A stretch of 64,000 nucleotides of DNA. Source: Ostreococcus lucimarinus (Eukaryota). The stretch lies in the NCBI GenBank assembly GCA_000092065.1, contig CP000594.1; one strand, given 5' to 3'. Position numbers and translations under genes: made by a program. The notes under the pieces were generated by a model. It ran no database searches. It was not told where the DNA came from and saw nothing but the letters and a program-made list of their open reading frames with translations. Numbering within the stretch: the first letter of the stretch is position 1; each line of letters opens with the position of its first letter. Shown here in pieces: positions 29,266 through 37,744 of this stretch.

Positions 29266-29357
29266 GCGTCGCGATGTGTCCCACGTAGAACTTAGGGTTT
29301 AGACAGTTTGCCGACACGACACCTCAACTGTCGAGCCTCGTCAGCACACTCCTCGGC
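29266..29357. promoter_or_regulatory. 92-bp bidirectional promoter/5'UTR spacer between the divergent exportin (-) and EGF-like membrane-protein (+) genes
   Basis: Head-to-head ATGs at 29265 (minus strand) and 29358 (plus strand). The spacer is less GC-rich than the flanking CDS. Confidence 0.4.
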
Positions 29358-30308
29358 GTGACACCGACGATGGTGTACGGCGCCGTCCCCGTTAAGGACG
29401 AGGAGAACCCTCTCCTGGGCGTCCGATCATCTTCGAAGCGACCACGTTCGTTCGCGTACGGCGTTATCGCCGTCGTCTGCGTCGCGGCGCTTGCAATTTC
29501 GGGCGTCTCGCGCGCCACCGATGAATCCTCACGAGAGGATCATCTCTCCGCTTTGGGCGATCTTTCGAATGACTATCTCGCGAAGAGATCCTGGTGGCAG
29601 GACGTGAAGACTGCGAATGAAACCCTCATCACCGCGAAGCAGGCGTCCGACAAGGCGATGGAAGCCGCGGCCGAGGCGGAGGAGAAGTTCGACGAGCTTA
29701 AGCTTGATGCCGAGGAGAAAGACCGCATGTGCACAGATATTCATAAGGCTGAAGACCAAACATCGGGGTGCGACGACCATTGTTCCACCGGCGCTGTCCA
29801 GGCATCGCGTCTTGGATGGGGCTCGTGGTCCGTGTCTTCGTGGTCCTGGTCCGTGTCTTCGTGGTGGCAGTCTATTCGCCAAAGAGCTGCAGAAGCGGCA
29901 AAAAAGGCGGCCGAGGCCAAGAAAGCCAAGTGCATGGAGACGTGCAAAAGTCTCGACTGCGGTTTACCGAAATGTAAGAACGCCCCGGCACATCGAACAT
30001 GTCCTCCCGCATACTCGGGCGACCGGTGCAAAACTGGTTTTGATTTGTACGCTGACAAACCATATAGAAACATCGGGTGGCGTGTAGGAATAACCGGAGT
30101 CGATGAAAGCAGGAAATATTTTAAATGCCTCGGTACATACTGTAACCCTCCGATAGGGGCAGAGTATTACTTTCCAGATAAAAGAACCAACAAGTGCACA
30201 GAACGGGTTGTCATGGAACGGAAGGATACCTGGGGCAGGCTGAAATCCTACCACACCGTGGGTGTTGGCTCCGACTACTTAAGCGAGTGTGGAAAATGTA
30301 CCGATTAA
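29358..30308 (+). CDS. type II (signal-anchor) membrane protein with coiled-coil, W/S-rich tract and C-terminal EGF-like Cys-rich domain; compositionally atypical (low GC)
   Basis: Signal anchor FAYGVIAVVCVAALAISGV, coiled-coil region, WGSWSVSSWSWSVSSWW, and EGF-like CKNAPAHRTCPPAYSGDRC plus further Cys pairs. GC falls to ~42-57% in 60-bp windows at 29960..30180, against ~80% in neighbouring genes. A/T-ending codons are frequent. Confidence 0.5.
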   Translation: MTPTMVYGAVPVKDEENPLLGVRSSSKRPRSFAYGVIAVVCVAALAISGVSRATDESSREDHLSALGDLSNDYLAKRSWWQDVKTANETLITAKQASDKAMEAAAEAEEKFDELKLDAEEKDRMCTDIHKAEDQTSGCDDHCSTGAVQASRLGWGSWSVSSWSWSVSSWWQSIRQRAAEAAKKAAEAKKAKCMETCKSLDCGLPKCKNAPAHRTCPPAYSGDRCKTGFDLYADKPYRNIGWRVGITGVDESRKYFKCLGTYCNPPIGAEYYFPDKRTNKCTERVVMERKDTWGRLKSYHTVGVGSDYLSECGKCTD

Positions 30309-30730
30309 GTCGGCTTTCACCCTCGCCTATCAAGATTTTCTCAGACAACACCGACGATTTTTCAAACGTCCCCGCGTCGTTGTTTTTTGAGTACTATCCA
30401 AAGTTAAGTTTTACATAAGTCCTTCCAGCTCCTTGACTGAAAAGTTGTATTTTGCAATACTGCGCTCGGTGGGCGGCGTGCCTCGGTCGTGCGCGTTTTA
30501 AACACGTTTTTCGGAGGATTTTCGCCGCATGTTCGTTGTAGTATTGCAATTGGTACAACCCCCTTCGTCTTGTTCCACGAGAACTGAGGGACGCATTGAT
30601 AGACATCATCAAGAACCCGGAGACGCCGAGGGAGGAGGAGGTGGCAGAGTTGCCTCCATTCGCGCGACCAGAGCGTTGACGCGCTCTTCGAGTTCGTCGA
30701 GCGCCGCCGCGCGCGTCGACGCCGCGCGCG

Positions 30731-31912
30731 ATGGCGCGCTCGACGCGCTCGGGCGATGCGACGCGCGTCGACGCCTTGATGCGCGCGGTCGACGCGGTCG
30801 CGGACGCGCTCGGCGACGCGGGCGAGGCGAATCATCGCGCGTTTCGGGACGACGCAGAACGCATCGCGACGGCGCTGGAGCGAACGCTGACGCGCGACGA
30901 GGACGCGGACGCGTTCGCGGTGCTGGGCGTCGAACACACGGCTTCGATGTGGACGGCGTGCGTGGACGCGTGGACGCGGGCGGCGGAGACGCGCGAGGCG
31001 ACGCGCGCGACGGCGGCGACGCTGCGGGACGTCGCGGCGGCGGCGCGAGACGCGGAACGCGCGTGGGCCGCGAAACGCGCGCGAGGGGTGGCGAGAGAAC
31101 TGGAGGAGGTGGAATTGAGACACGACGCGCGAGTGCGCCGAGGCGAGGACGCGGCGCGAAGAGCGCGACTCGTCGGACGATTTCGAGCGGAGGAGACGGC
31201 GGCGCGGGACGCGCTCGGCGACGCGGGCGAGGCGAGCGCGGGCGTGGACGTCGTGGCGCGGTTTCGAGCGCTCGAGGGCGAGTTTTTGTGGCGCGAGGAG
31301 TGCGTGCTGCGAGGCGAGCGCGGGGCGAGCGCGCTGGAGGCGAGCGTGCGGGCGTTCGAGCCGGATTCGAGGGTGGGCGCGTTGGCGCTCGCGGTGACGC
31401 GCGCGGCGCGTTGGCGCGAGCGAGTGGCGACGTTCGAGGGACGGCGCGACGACGAATTCGAGCGCCGATGCGATCAAGACGTCATCGCGCGCATGGAGGC
31501 GCAGCACCCCGCGCTCGTGGCGCAGTACGTGATGTGGATGAAAGACGCCGCGTTGGAGTCGAGCGAACGCGCGGCTTCGAGCGCCGTCGCCGCCGCGACG
31601 ACGCATCTCTACGATTTCCTCCTCGCCCTCGACGCCGACGTCTACGACGCCGTTTTCGACGCCCAAGGCCGCGCGAACGTCCTCTGCGCGTCGTTCAACG
31701 CCCTCCACGTCCTGCGCTCGCGCGCGTCGCCGTCCTCGCCGCCGCCTCGGCTCGCCGCCGACGCGCGCGCGTTAATCTCTCGTCTCGTCGTCCGCGTCGA
31801 CGCCGAGCGCGACGCCGAGATCGCGCTTCACGGCGACGACTGGGGCCAGGCCGCGTTCGCCGTCGTCGCCGCGCGCTTGGCGAGCCAGAGATTACTCGAA
31901 GTCGTCGCGTAG
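30731..31912 (+). CDS. hypothetical protein (non-repetitive, no recognised domain)
   Basis: 393-aa ORF with balanced composition, unlike the overlapping arginine-rich frames (30529..32913 N-terminal part, 30404..31708 minus). Confidence 0.4.
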   Translation: MARSTRSGDATRVDALMRAVDAVADALGDAGEANHRAFRDDAERIATALERTLTRDEDADAFAVLGVEHTASMWTACVDAWTRAAETREATRATAATLRDVAAAARDAERAWAAKRARGVARELEEVELRHDARVRRGEDAARRARLVGRFRAEETAARDALGDAGEASAGVDVVARFRALEGEFLWREECVLRGERGASALEASVRAFEPDSRVGALALAVTRAARWRERVATFEGRRDDEFERRCDQDVIARMEAQHPALVAQYVMWMKDAALESSERAASSAVAAATTHLYDFLLALDADVYDAVFDAQGRANVLCASFNALHVLRSRASPSSPPPRLAADARALISRLVVRVDAERDAEIALHGDDWGQAAFAVVAARLASQRLLEVVA

Positions 31913-31971
31913 CCCGGCGCGGCTCGCGGCGGCCCGGGACGTCAACCGTCGACCGCACTCCGTCGCGCGCC

Positions 31972-32913
31972 ATGCGCTCGACCGCGCTCGCGCGCTCGAC
32001 CGCGCGCGTCGATCGTTCGCCGCGCGTCGCGCGCGCGCGGACGACCCGCGGACGCCCCGCGCGCGCGCGCGACGGCGACGGCGACGACCGGGACAACCGT
32101 CCCGAACCGACGACGCGTCGAAAGACGCTCGCGCTCGCGCTCGGGTGCGCGTGCTGCGCGCGCGGGAGCGACGCGCGAGCGATGGTGCGATTGATCGCGC
32201 CGGACGACGCGAACGAGGCGACGTTCGACGTCGAGCGCTCGACGACGCGCGATGAGGCGTTCGCGAAGGGCATGGCGACGATGATGGATGGATTCGAAGA
32301 CGCGGTGCGCGCGCGCAAGAGGGCTCTGATCGATGACCTGCTGGCGGAATACGACGGGGCGAAGGAAATGACGGTGTGCGAGATCGGGGCGGGGAGCGCG
32401 CCGAACGCGCGGTATTACGCGAACGCGTCGCGCGGGCCGGAGACGATGGACTGGGTCGGCGTCGACCCGAACGACTCGATGCGAGCGTACGCGGAAGAAA
32501 ACGTGGCGGCGGCGAACGACGGTGGTCGGGTGAAGATAAACGCGAGATACGTGCACGGCGTGGGTGAGGCGCTGCCGCTGCCGGACGCGAGCGCGGATGC
32601 GGTGGTGTCGACGTTGACGCTGTGCTCGGTGCTCGATCAGGGGCGGACGCTGCGAGAGATTCGTCGGGTGCTAAAACCGGGAGGGAAATTTTTGTTTCTC
32701 GAGCACGTGCTGTCGAGGGATCCGAGCTTTGCGAGGTTGCAAATCGCGCTGACGCCGATGCAAATCAGCGTGGCGGATGGGTGTCATCTGGACCGACGGA
32801 CGCTGGACGAGATCGAGGACGGCGGGTTGTTTTCGAGCGTGAACGCGGAGTACTACGAGCTCGACGGGTTTTGGGTGATCGCGCCGCAAGTCGCCGGCAT
32901 CGCCGTGGCTTAG
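31972..32913 (+). CDS. SAM-dependent methyltransferase (Methyltransf_11 type) with N-terminal targeting-like peptide
   Basis: Motif I VCEIGAGSAPNARYY, post-I D at WVGVDPNDSM, and motif II/III region VVSTLTLCSVLDQGRTLREIRRVLKPGGKFLFLEH. The N-terminus MRSTALARSTARVDRSPRVARARTTRGRP is transit/presequence-like. The 30529 start of the ORF track is a spurious R/G-rich extension. Confidence 0.7.
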   Translation: MRSTALARSTARVDRSPRVARARTTRGRPARARDGDGDDRDNRPEPTTRRKTLALALGCACCARGSDARAMVRLIAPDDANEATFDVERSTTRDEAFAKGMATMMDGFEDAVRARKRALIDDLLAEYDGAKEMTVCEIGAGSAPNARYYANASRGPETMDWVGVDPNDSMRAYAEENVAAANDGGRVKINARYVHGVGEALPLPDASADAVVSTLTLCSVLDQGRTLREIRRVLKPGGKFLFLEHVLSRDPSFARLQIALTPMQISVADGCHLDRRTLDEIEDGGLFSSVNAEYYELDGFWVIAPQVAGIAVA

Positions 32914-32944
32914 AATGAATGTGTATCTATAACATTAGTATGTT

Positions 32945-34309
32945 TCAATCCGACTGCAAGTGCTTCACGAGCAAACACTTCTTGAATAGCCGATACTCCA
33001 CCGCGGCGCGCAGCCGCGGCGGCGTGTCTTCGGCGCTAAACAGCTTTTCATCCTCCTCGATAGTCGTCTTCATCGATAACAGCACCTCTTCGCAGCGCTT
33101 TTTAATGGCGTGCATGACGATCTGGTCGGCGTTTTCGTCTGGCATGAGCGCCTGCGTGAAATGTCGAAACATCAACCACAACGCCTCGTCGTAATCCGTG
33201 CGCCACCCCACGCTCGGGCCCATGAGCGTGGATTGTATATCTCGAAGCCTCAACTCCGCCGCATCGTCCGCGGTACCACCGCCACCGCTCAATTCCACGA
33301 TTGAAGCGCGCTCCCTCGCGCGTTGCTGCGCCTCGAGTTCGTTCGCTATCGAACGCCCGGCGGCTTTATCCAACACGACTTCTCCGCCTTCGCTACGAAA
33401 CGTCTCGGCGAACCAATCCGCGGCTTCGCCGAGCGAACTCCACAACTCCACTCGATCGTACGGGTTCATGCCACCCACGAATCCCATGTAAAGCAGAAAC
33501 GACTCCGCGGGCTCGCACGCGTACTGCGTCAGTAACTCCTCGCCCTCGTCAATCGTCTTCAACGCGCGAAGCACGACCGCCTCGCCATCGTCGCTCGCGT
33601 CCCATTTCACGTTCGCCGCGCCGTGAGAATGATTCAACATGTCTAACATTGGCGCCAGAAAGCTCTCTCCGCGCTCTAAATCCACCGCTCGGCTTCGCAC
33701 GCACGACAACGCCCAGGCGAAATGTTTCGTCCAGCTCGCGTCGCCGTATTTTTCGTTCAACTTTTTGATAGTCCCCGCGTCGCGCGCTTTCGCCTTGGCG
33801 CAATTCCCGATCCCACGCGCGAACGCCATCTCTGCAATTTCAGCGTTCGTCCACGTCGTCACGGGCGAGTCTACCGTTTGCGGCAACGCGTCGACCACGT
33901 ACGCTCGCCACGCGCCGCCGTCCCGGTCGCCGCCCCCGGTCCCGCCCTCCGCCTCGAATCTCGCGTGCGCCAGCGTCGCCGCCAATCGATCGGAGGGCGT
34001 GTAAAACTGTTTCGAGCTTCCGACGTCGCCGTCGTCGAGCGGGCACGTGGCGTAGCCGCAGCGCAAGCCCGTCGTCCCGAGGCAAGCTGTAAAAGGTACC
34101 CTCACGGCGACTTCGCCGGCTTTAATCTTCGCCGTGGACGCGCACACCACGGCGCGGGCGCGCGTGTGAGGGTCCACGCGAAGGTCCACGCGCGAGGTGT
34201 CGATGCCGCGGGCGTTGGACCACAGGATGAAATCTTCCATGGCGCGGGCGAGGACGGGGTGGCGGAGTGCGGCGAGCGAGCGGCGGCGCGCGCGCTTTGA
34301 TGCATCCAT
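32945..34309 (-). CDS. SET-domain protein of the Rubisco LSMT / SETD3-SETD6 family
   Basis: The N-terminal ...FILWSNARGID...VAVRVPF... region and the overall length are typical of RBCMT-like SET plus C-terminal Rubis-subs-bind helical domain. This is a family-level recall. Confidence 0.55.
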   Translation of the reverse strand: MDASKRARRRSLAALRHPVLARAMEDFILWSNARGIDTSRVDLRVDPHTRARAVVCASTAKIKAGEVAVRVPFTACLGTTGLRCGYATCPLDDGDVGSSKQFYTPSDRLAATLAHARFEAEGGTGGGDRDGGAWRAYVVDALPQTVDSPVTTWTNAEIAEMAFARGIGNCAKAKARDAGTIKKLNEKYGDASWTKHFAWALSCVRSRAVDLERGESFLAPMLDMLNHSHGAANVKWDASDDGEAVVLRALKTIDEGEELLTQYACEPAESFLLYMGFVGGMNPYDRVELWSSLGEAADWFAETFRSEGGEVVLDKAAGRSIANELEAQQRARERASIVELSGGGGTADDAAELRLRDIQSTLMGPSVGWRTDYDEALWLMFRHFTQALMPDENADQIVMHAIKKRCEEVLLSMKTTIEEDEKLFSAEDTPPRLRAAVEYRLFKKCLLVKHLQSD

Positions 34310-34323
34310 ATGATTGTAATCGT

Positions 34324-37300
34324 CTACGTGTCTAAGAGAAATGAGTGTTCGCGAGCGATCGCGCTGAGTGGGGTTTTAAGCGATGGCGTCGCGGGCGCGG
34401 TGACGACGGCATCGAGTTTAAGCTTGAGCGCGGCGAGCTTGGCGTCGTAGGACGCTTTTTGCGTCTGCAGCTTGCCGTAAACCATTTTCGCAACGCCCTT
34501 GTAGTACACCGCACGCTGTTTTGTGGACTCGCACACGTCTAACGCGACTTGCGTGGCCTCTTTTGCGGTGTCGATGACGTTCTGTCGTTGGATCGGAGAA
34601 GGAGAGGCGTCGCGCGAACGCGTCGGCGTCGACTTTGGCGGCTTCGCAGCGCCGCCGCGCATCTCGCGCTCAACCTTGGCAATTTCTTCATCCAATCTCT
34701 GGGCGTACAAATCGTTGCTTTGCATCGCCGCCTCGGCCTCGGCGGCTTCGTGTGCGAGATAGTCCGCGAACGAAGTTTCGTGGACGTCCTCGTCTCGCGG
34801 CTGCGTGGATTCGGCTTGTTGTCGCGAGGCGACGGTGATTTCCTTCAACTGCGCGCTGAGTTCTTCGAGCATCGTCTTTTTCTCCATTTGAACGGCATTT
34901 AGCGATCTCTTCATCTCGCTCAACTCGTCGCGAAGGTTTTCAATTTCTGAGGATTCTTTCATTGACGCCGCTTCGGTGCGGCGCTCGCTCGCTCGCGATA
35001 ATTCGCTTCGAAGTTGCTCGACGGTTTCCTCGAGCGCTCGCGCCGTGTGTTCGTACTCGTGCAAACGAGACTCCACGAGCTGCCTCGCCTTGATCTCATC
35101 ACTCGTCTTTTGCAAATTCGCCTTATATTTGCACGCGAGCGCGAGGTTTTCATCCTTGAACTTGGTTAATCGCGCGAGCGCGGCTTCGCTCTTGGTGAGC
35201 TCTGCGCGCAGCTTTGACCGTTCGGCTTGCAGACGACTGATTTCGTTCGACTGCCTCGAAGCCATGTCCACGAGATCCCGATTGGTGGCGACTAAATTTG
35301 CAACGTTCATCTTGCGAGATCCCGAGCTCGACGCGCGCGCGCGCGCGTTCTTCATCGGCGAAGGCGAGTGGGGATCTTCGCTTTCAGAAACGTCTTCGAT
35401 GTCGACTTCCGTCTCCTCTTCCGCGAGCTGCGCGGCGATGATGACGTCGTCGAGCTGCGAAAGCAAGTCTTGTTCGCGCTCGCGCATCGTGGCTAGCTCT
35501 TGCTGCAAGTGCGCGCAGTGCTCGAGCGCGCTTTCCAGTTCAGTAGTGAGATCGACGATTTTATATTCCTCCACGCTCGACGCCTCTGCGGCGGCGCGAC
35601 GCGCTTCTTGCGCTTCCACGATCGCCCTGTCCTTCTCCACTCGCGCTTGCTTCAGCTCGTACTGCGTCTCCTCCACCACCCGCGTAAGATCGTGGATGTT
35701 GTTCATCGCCGTCGCAAAATCTTTCTCGAGCTCGTATCGCTTCGACGAACCGTCCACGGTGACGCTTTGCAAGGCCTTTTCAAACTCGATGTTTTGCCTT
35801 CGAAGCGCCTCGAGCTCCGACGATGACTTCGCCGCGTTCGCCGCGTTTTCCGCTAAACGACGCTCCGCATCGCTGAGCGATCGACGCATTTCATCGAGTT
35901 CCGCGTTTTTGGCTTCAATCATGGCGTAGACGTCTGATTCAGACTTGGAGCTCTCGGCGCGATGCAACACGACTTCGCTCTCAGAACGCTCGAGCGCGGC
36001 GCGCAACTCCACTTCTCCCGCCTTGCGCCAAGTCAGCTCGCGCTCCAAGTCTTCATTTTCGCGCTCCAAGCGTTGATTCTCGGTCTCGTAATACACCTTT
36101 TCATTGGCCGCCTCTTGCACCTCTTCCAATCGCGCCTCGAGTTGTTCAATCTCCGCGCGCGCCGCGTCGAGTTCGGCGCAGAGTTCCTCGGCTTCGATTT
36201 CGCTCGCACCCGCGGCGAGTTCTCTCAACTTCGCCATATCGTCTTGAACGCTTTTGTGATTCGCTCGAGACGCGCTCAACTCGCGTTCGCTCTGCCGCAA
36301 CCGAGTTTCGAGCTCTATGAGCTCGCGCCGCGCTTCCTGCGCCTCCACTTGCGCGGCGCACCGCTCGGTCTCCGCCTTGACACACTGCGCGTTCGCCGCG
36401 TCCATCTTCGCCCAAACATCGCGCACGGCCTCTTTCACCGCCCCCTGCACGCGACGATCGCTCGCCTCGAGCTCGTTTTCCTTGTCGTTCAATCGAAGCT
36501 CGAGCTCGTGCAAGCGCGCCTTTAATCGAGCGGCGTTTTCATTCGCCGCGACGAGTTTACGCGCCGTCTCCTTCGTTTTGCGCTCCTCGACTAATCGCAC
36601 GCGCTCGATCGCCATCGCGACTTGTGGATCGTCCACGTTCGGCGTCGCGCACGCGGATTCGTCTCCTTCGTCGTCGTCGTCCTCCGCGCGCGTCGCCGCG
36701 CTCCCCTCACCCACCTCCACCGCCGCCGCCCTCGACGGCGATTCCACCGAACCCTCCGCCGTCGTCGCCTCCAACCGTCGCTCCAGCGCCACGACCACGT
36801 CTCCCGCGTCGACGTCCTCCGTCTCCGAATCCCCGTCCTCGCTCGCCGTCGTCTTCTCCATCGACAGCGCGCGCGACCGCGCCAACCGTTCCCTCGTCCT
36901 CGCCATCTCCTCCCGCCACGCCGACCCAAGCGGTGATTTCCCTCGACTCGCGCTCCCCGTCCCTCTCGGCGTCGTCGTCGTCGTCCCCATCGGCGTCCGC
37001 CGCGCGTCCCTCTCGCGTCTCGCCGTCGCCGCCGCGTTTAAATCGTCGTCGTCGTCGTCGTCATCACGATTCGTCCCCCCATCGTCCCGTCGCGCGTCCG
37101 CGCGCCTCCCTCGCGTCCGCGCGCTCACCGGCGGCGTGTTCTCCTCCCCCCTCGCCGTCCCTCGCCCCTTCTTCCCCCTCGTCGTCGTCGTCGTCGTCGT
37201 CTTCGCCCCGTCGTCGTCCCATCGCGGCGGCGTCATCGCCCCCTCGCGCGTCGCGTCGCGCGCCGCGTTCGCTCGCGCGTCGCGCGGCGTCAGCGGCGAC

Positions 37301-37326
37301 CGCGTCGCCGTCGCGCGCGTCTCCAT
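34324..37326 (-). CDS. 1000-aa coiled-coil protein (myosin-tail/golgin-like heptad repeats) with D/T-rich disordered N-terminus
   Basis: Hundreds of residues of E/L/R/A heptad-like sequence (RLHELELRLNDKENELEAS..., EIEQLEARLEEVQEAANEK...). Poly-D and poly-T tracts lie near the N-terminus. The stop is 14 bp from the start codon of the downstream SET gene. Confidence 0.5.
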   Translation of the reverse strand: METRATATRSPLTPRDARANAARDATREGAMTPPRWDDDGAKTTTTTTTRGKKGRGTARGEENTPPVSARTRGRRADARRDDGGTNRDDDDDDDDLNAAATARRERDARRTPMGTTTTTPRGTGSASRGKSPLGSAWREEMARTRERLARSRALSMEKTTASEDGDSETEDVDAGDVVVALERRLEATTAEGSVESPSRAAAVEVGEGSAATRAEDDDDEGDESACATPNVDDPQVAMAIERVRLVEERKTKETARKLVAANENAARLKARLHELELRLNDKENELEASDRRVQGAVKEAVRDVWAKMDAANAQCVKAETERCAAQVEAQEARRELIELETRLRQSERELSASRANHKSVQDDMAKLRELAAGASEIEAEELCAELDAARAEIEQLEARLEEVQEAANEKVYYETENQRLERENEDLERELTWRKAGEVELRAALERSESEVVLHRAESSKSESDVYAMIEAKNAELDEMRRSLSDAERRLAENAANAAKSSSELEALRRQNIEFEKALQSVTVDGSSKRYELEKDFATAMNNIHDLTRVVEETQYELKQARVEKDRAIVEAQEARRAAAEASSVEEYKIVDLTTELESALEHCAHLQQELATMREREQDLLSQLDDVIIAAQLAEEETEVDIEDVSESEDPHSPSPMKNARARASSSGSRKMNVANLVATNRDLVDMASRQSNEISRLQAERSKLRAELTKSEAALARLTKFKDENLALACKYKANLQKTSDEIKARQLVESRLHEYEHTARALEETVEQLRSELSRASERRTEAASMKESSEIENLRDELSEMKRSLNAVQMEKKTMLEELSAQLKEITVASRQQAESTQPRDEDVHETSFADYLAHEAAEAEAAMQSNDLYAQRLDEEIAKVEREMRGGAAKPPKSTPTRSRDASPSPIQRQNVIDTAKEATQVALDVCESTKQRAVYYKGVAKMVYGKLQTQKASYDAKLAALKLKLDAVVTAPATPSLKTPLSAIAREHSFLLDT

Positions 37327-37744
37327 CGCGATCCGCGCGTCGCCGCCGACGCCCGTCGCGCTCTGCGGCGGACGCCCGCGACGTCAACGGTCGGAAATCT
37401 TTGACGTTTCGCGTCCGTCTCACTGTTTACCCATACGACGTCCCGAGTTTGTCGTCCCGACGATGGATGGATGGATGCATCCCGCACGCGACGACGCGAT
37501 GCCGCGGTGTCGCGCGCGGTACGAGATCGTGGAGCACGGCGCGCGCGCGCCGCTGCGCGCGACGTGCGCGACGCTCGTCGAGGGCGCGCGAGCGCTGCCG
37601 GTGCGCGATGCGTGCGAACGCGACGAACGACGCGAATGAAATGAAATCGAAACGGCGCGACCGACGGCGACGGACGAGACGACGCGCGATGGCGCCACGG
37701 ACTGACCCAGCGCGCGACAAACGGAACAGGGCGCGCGCGCGGCG

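Noticed and set aside
30404-31708. 434-aa minus-strand ORF, and the N-terminal 550 aa of plus ORF 30529..32913
   Set aside because: Arg-rich low-complexity frames that overlap the balanced-composition hypothetical gene 30731..31912. Only the C-terminal methyltransferase part of 30529..32913 is kept, with its start at 31972.
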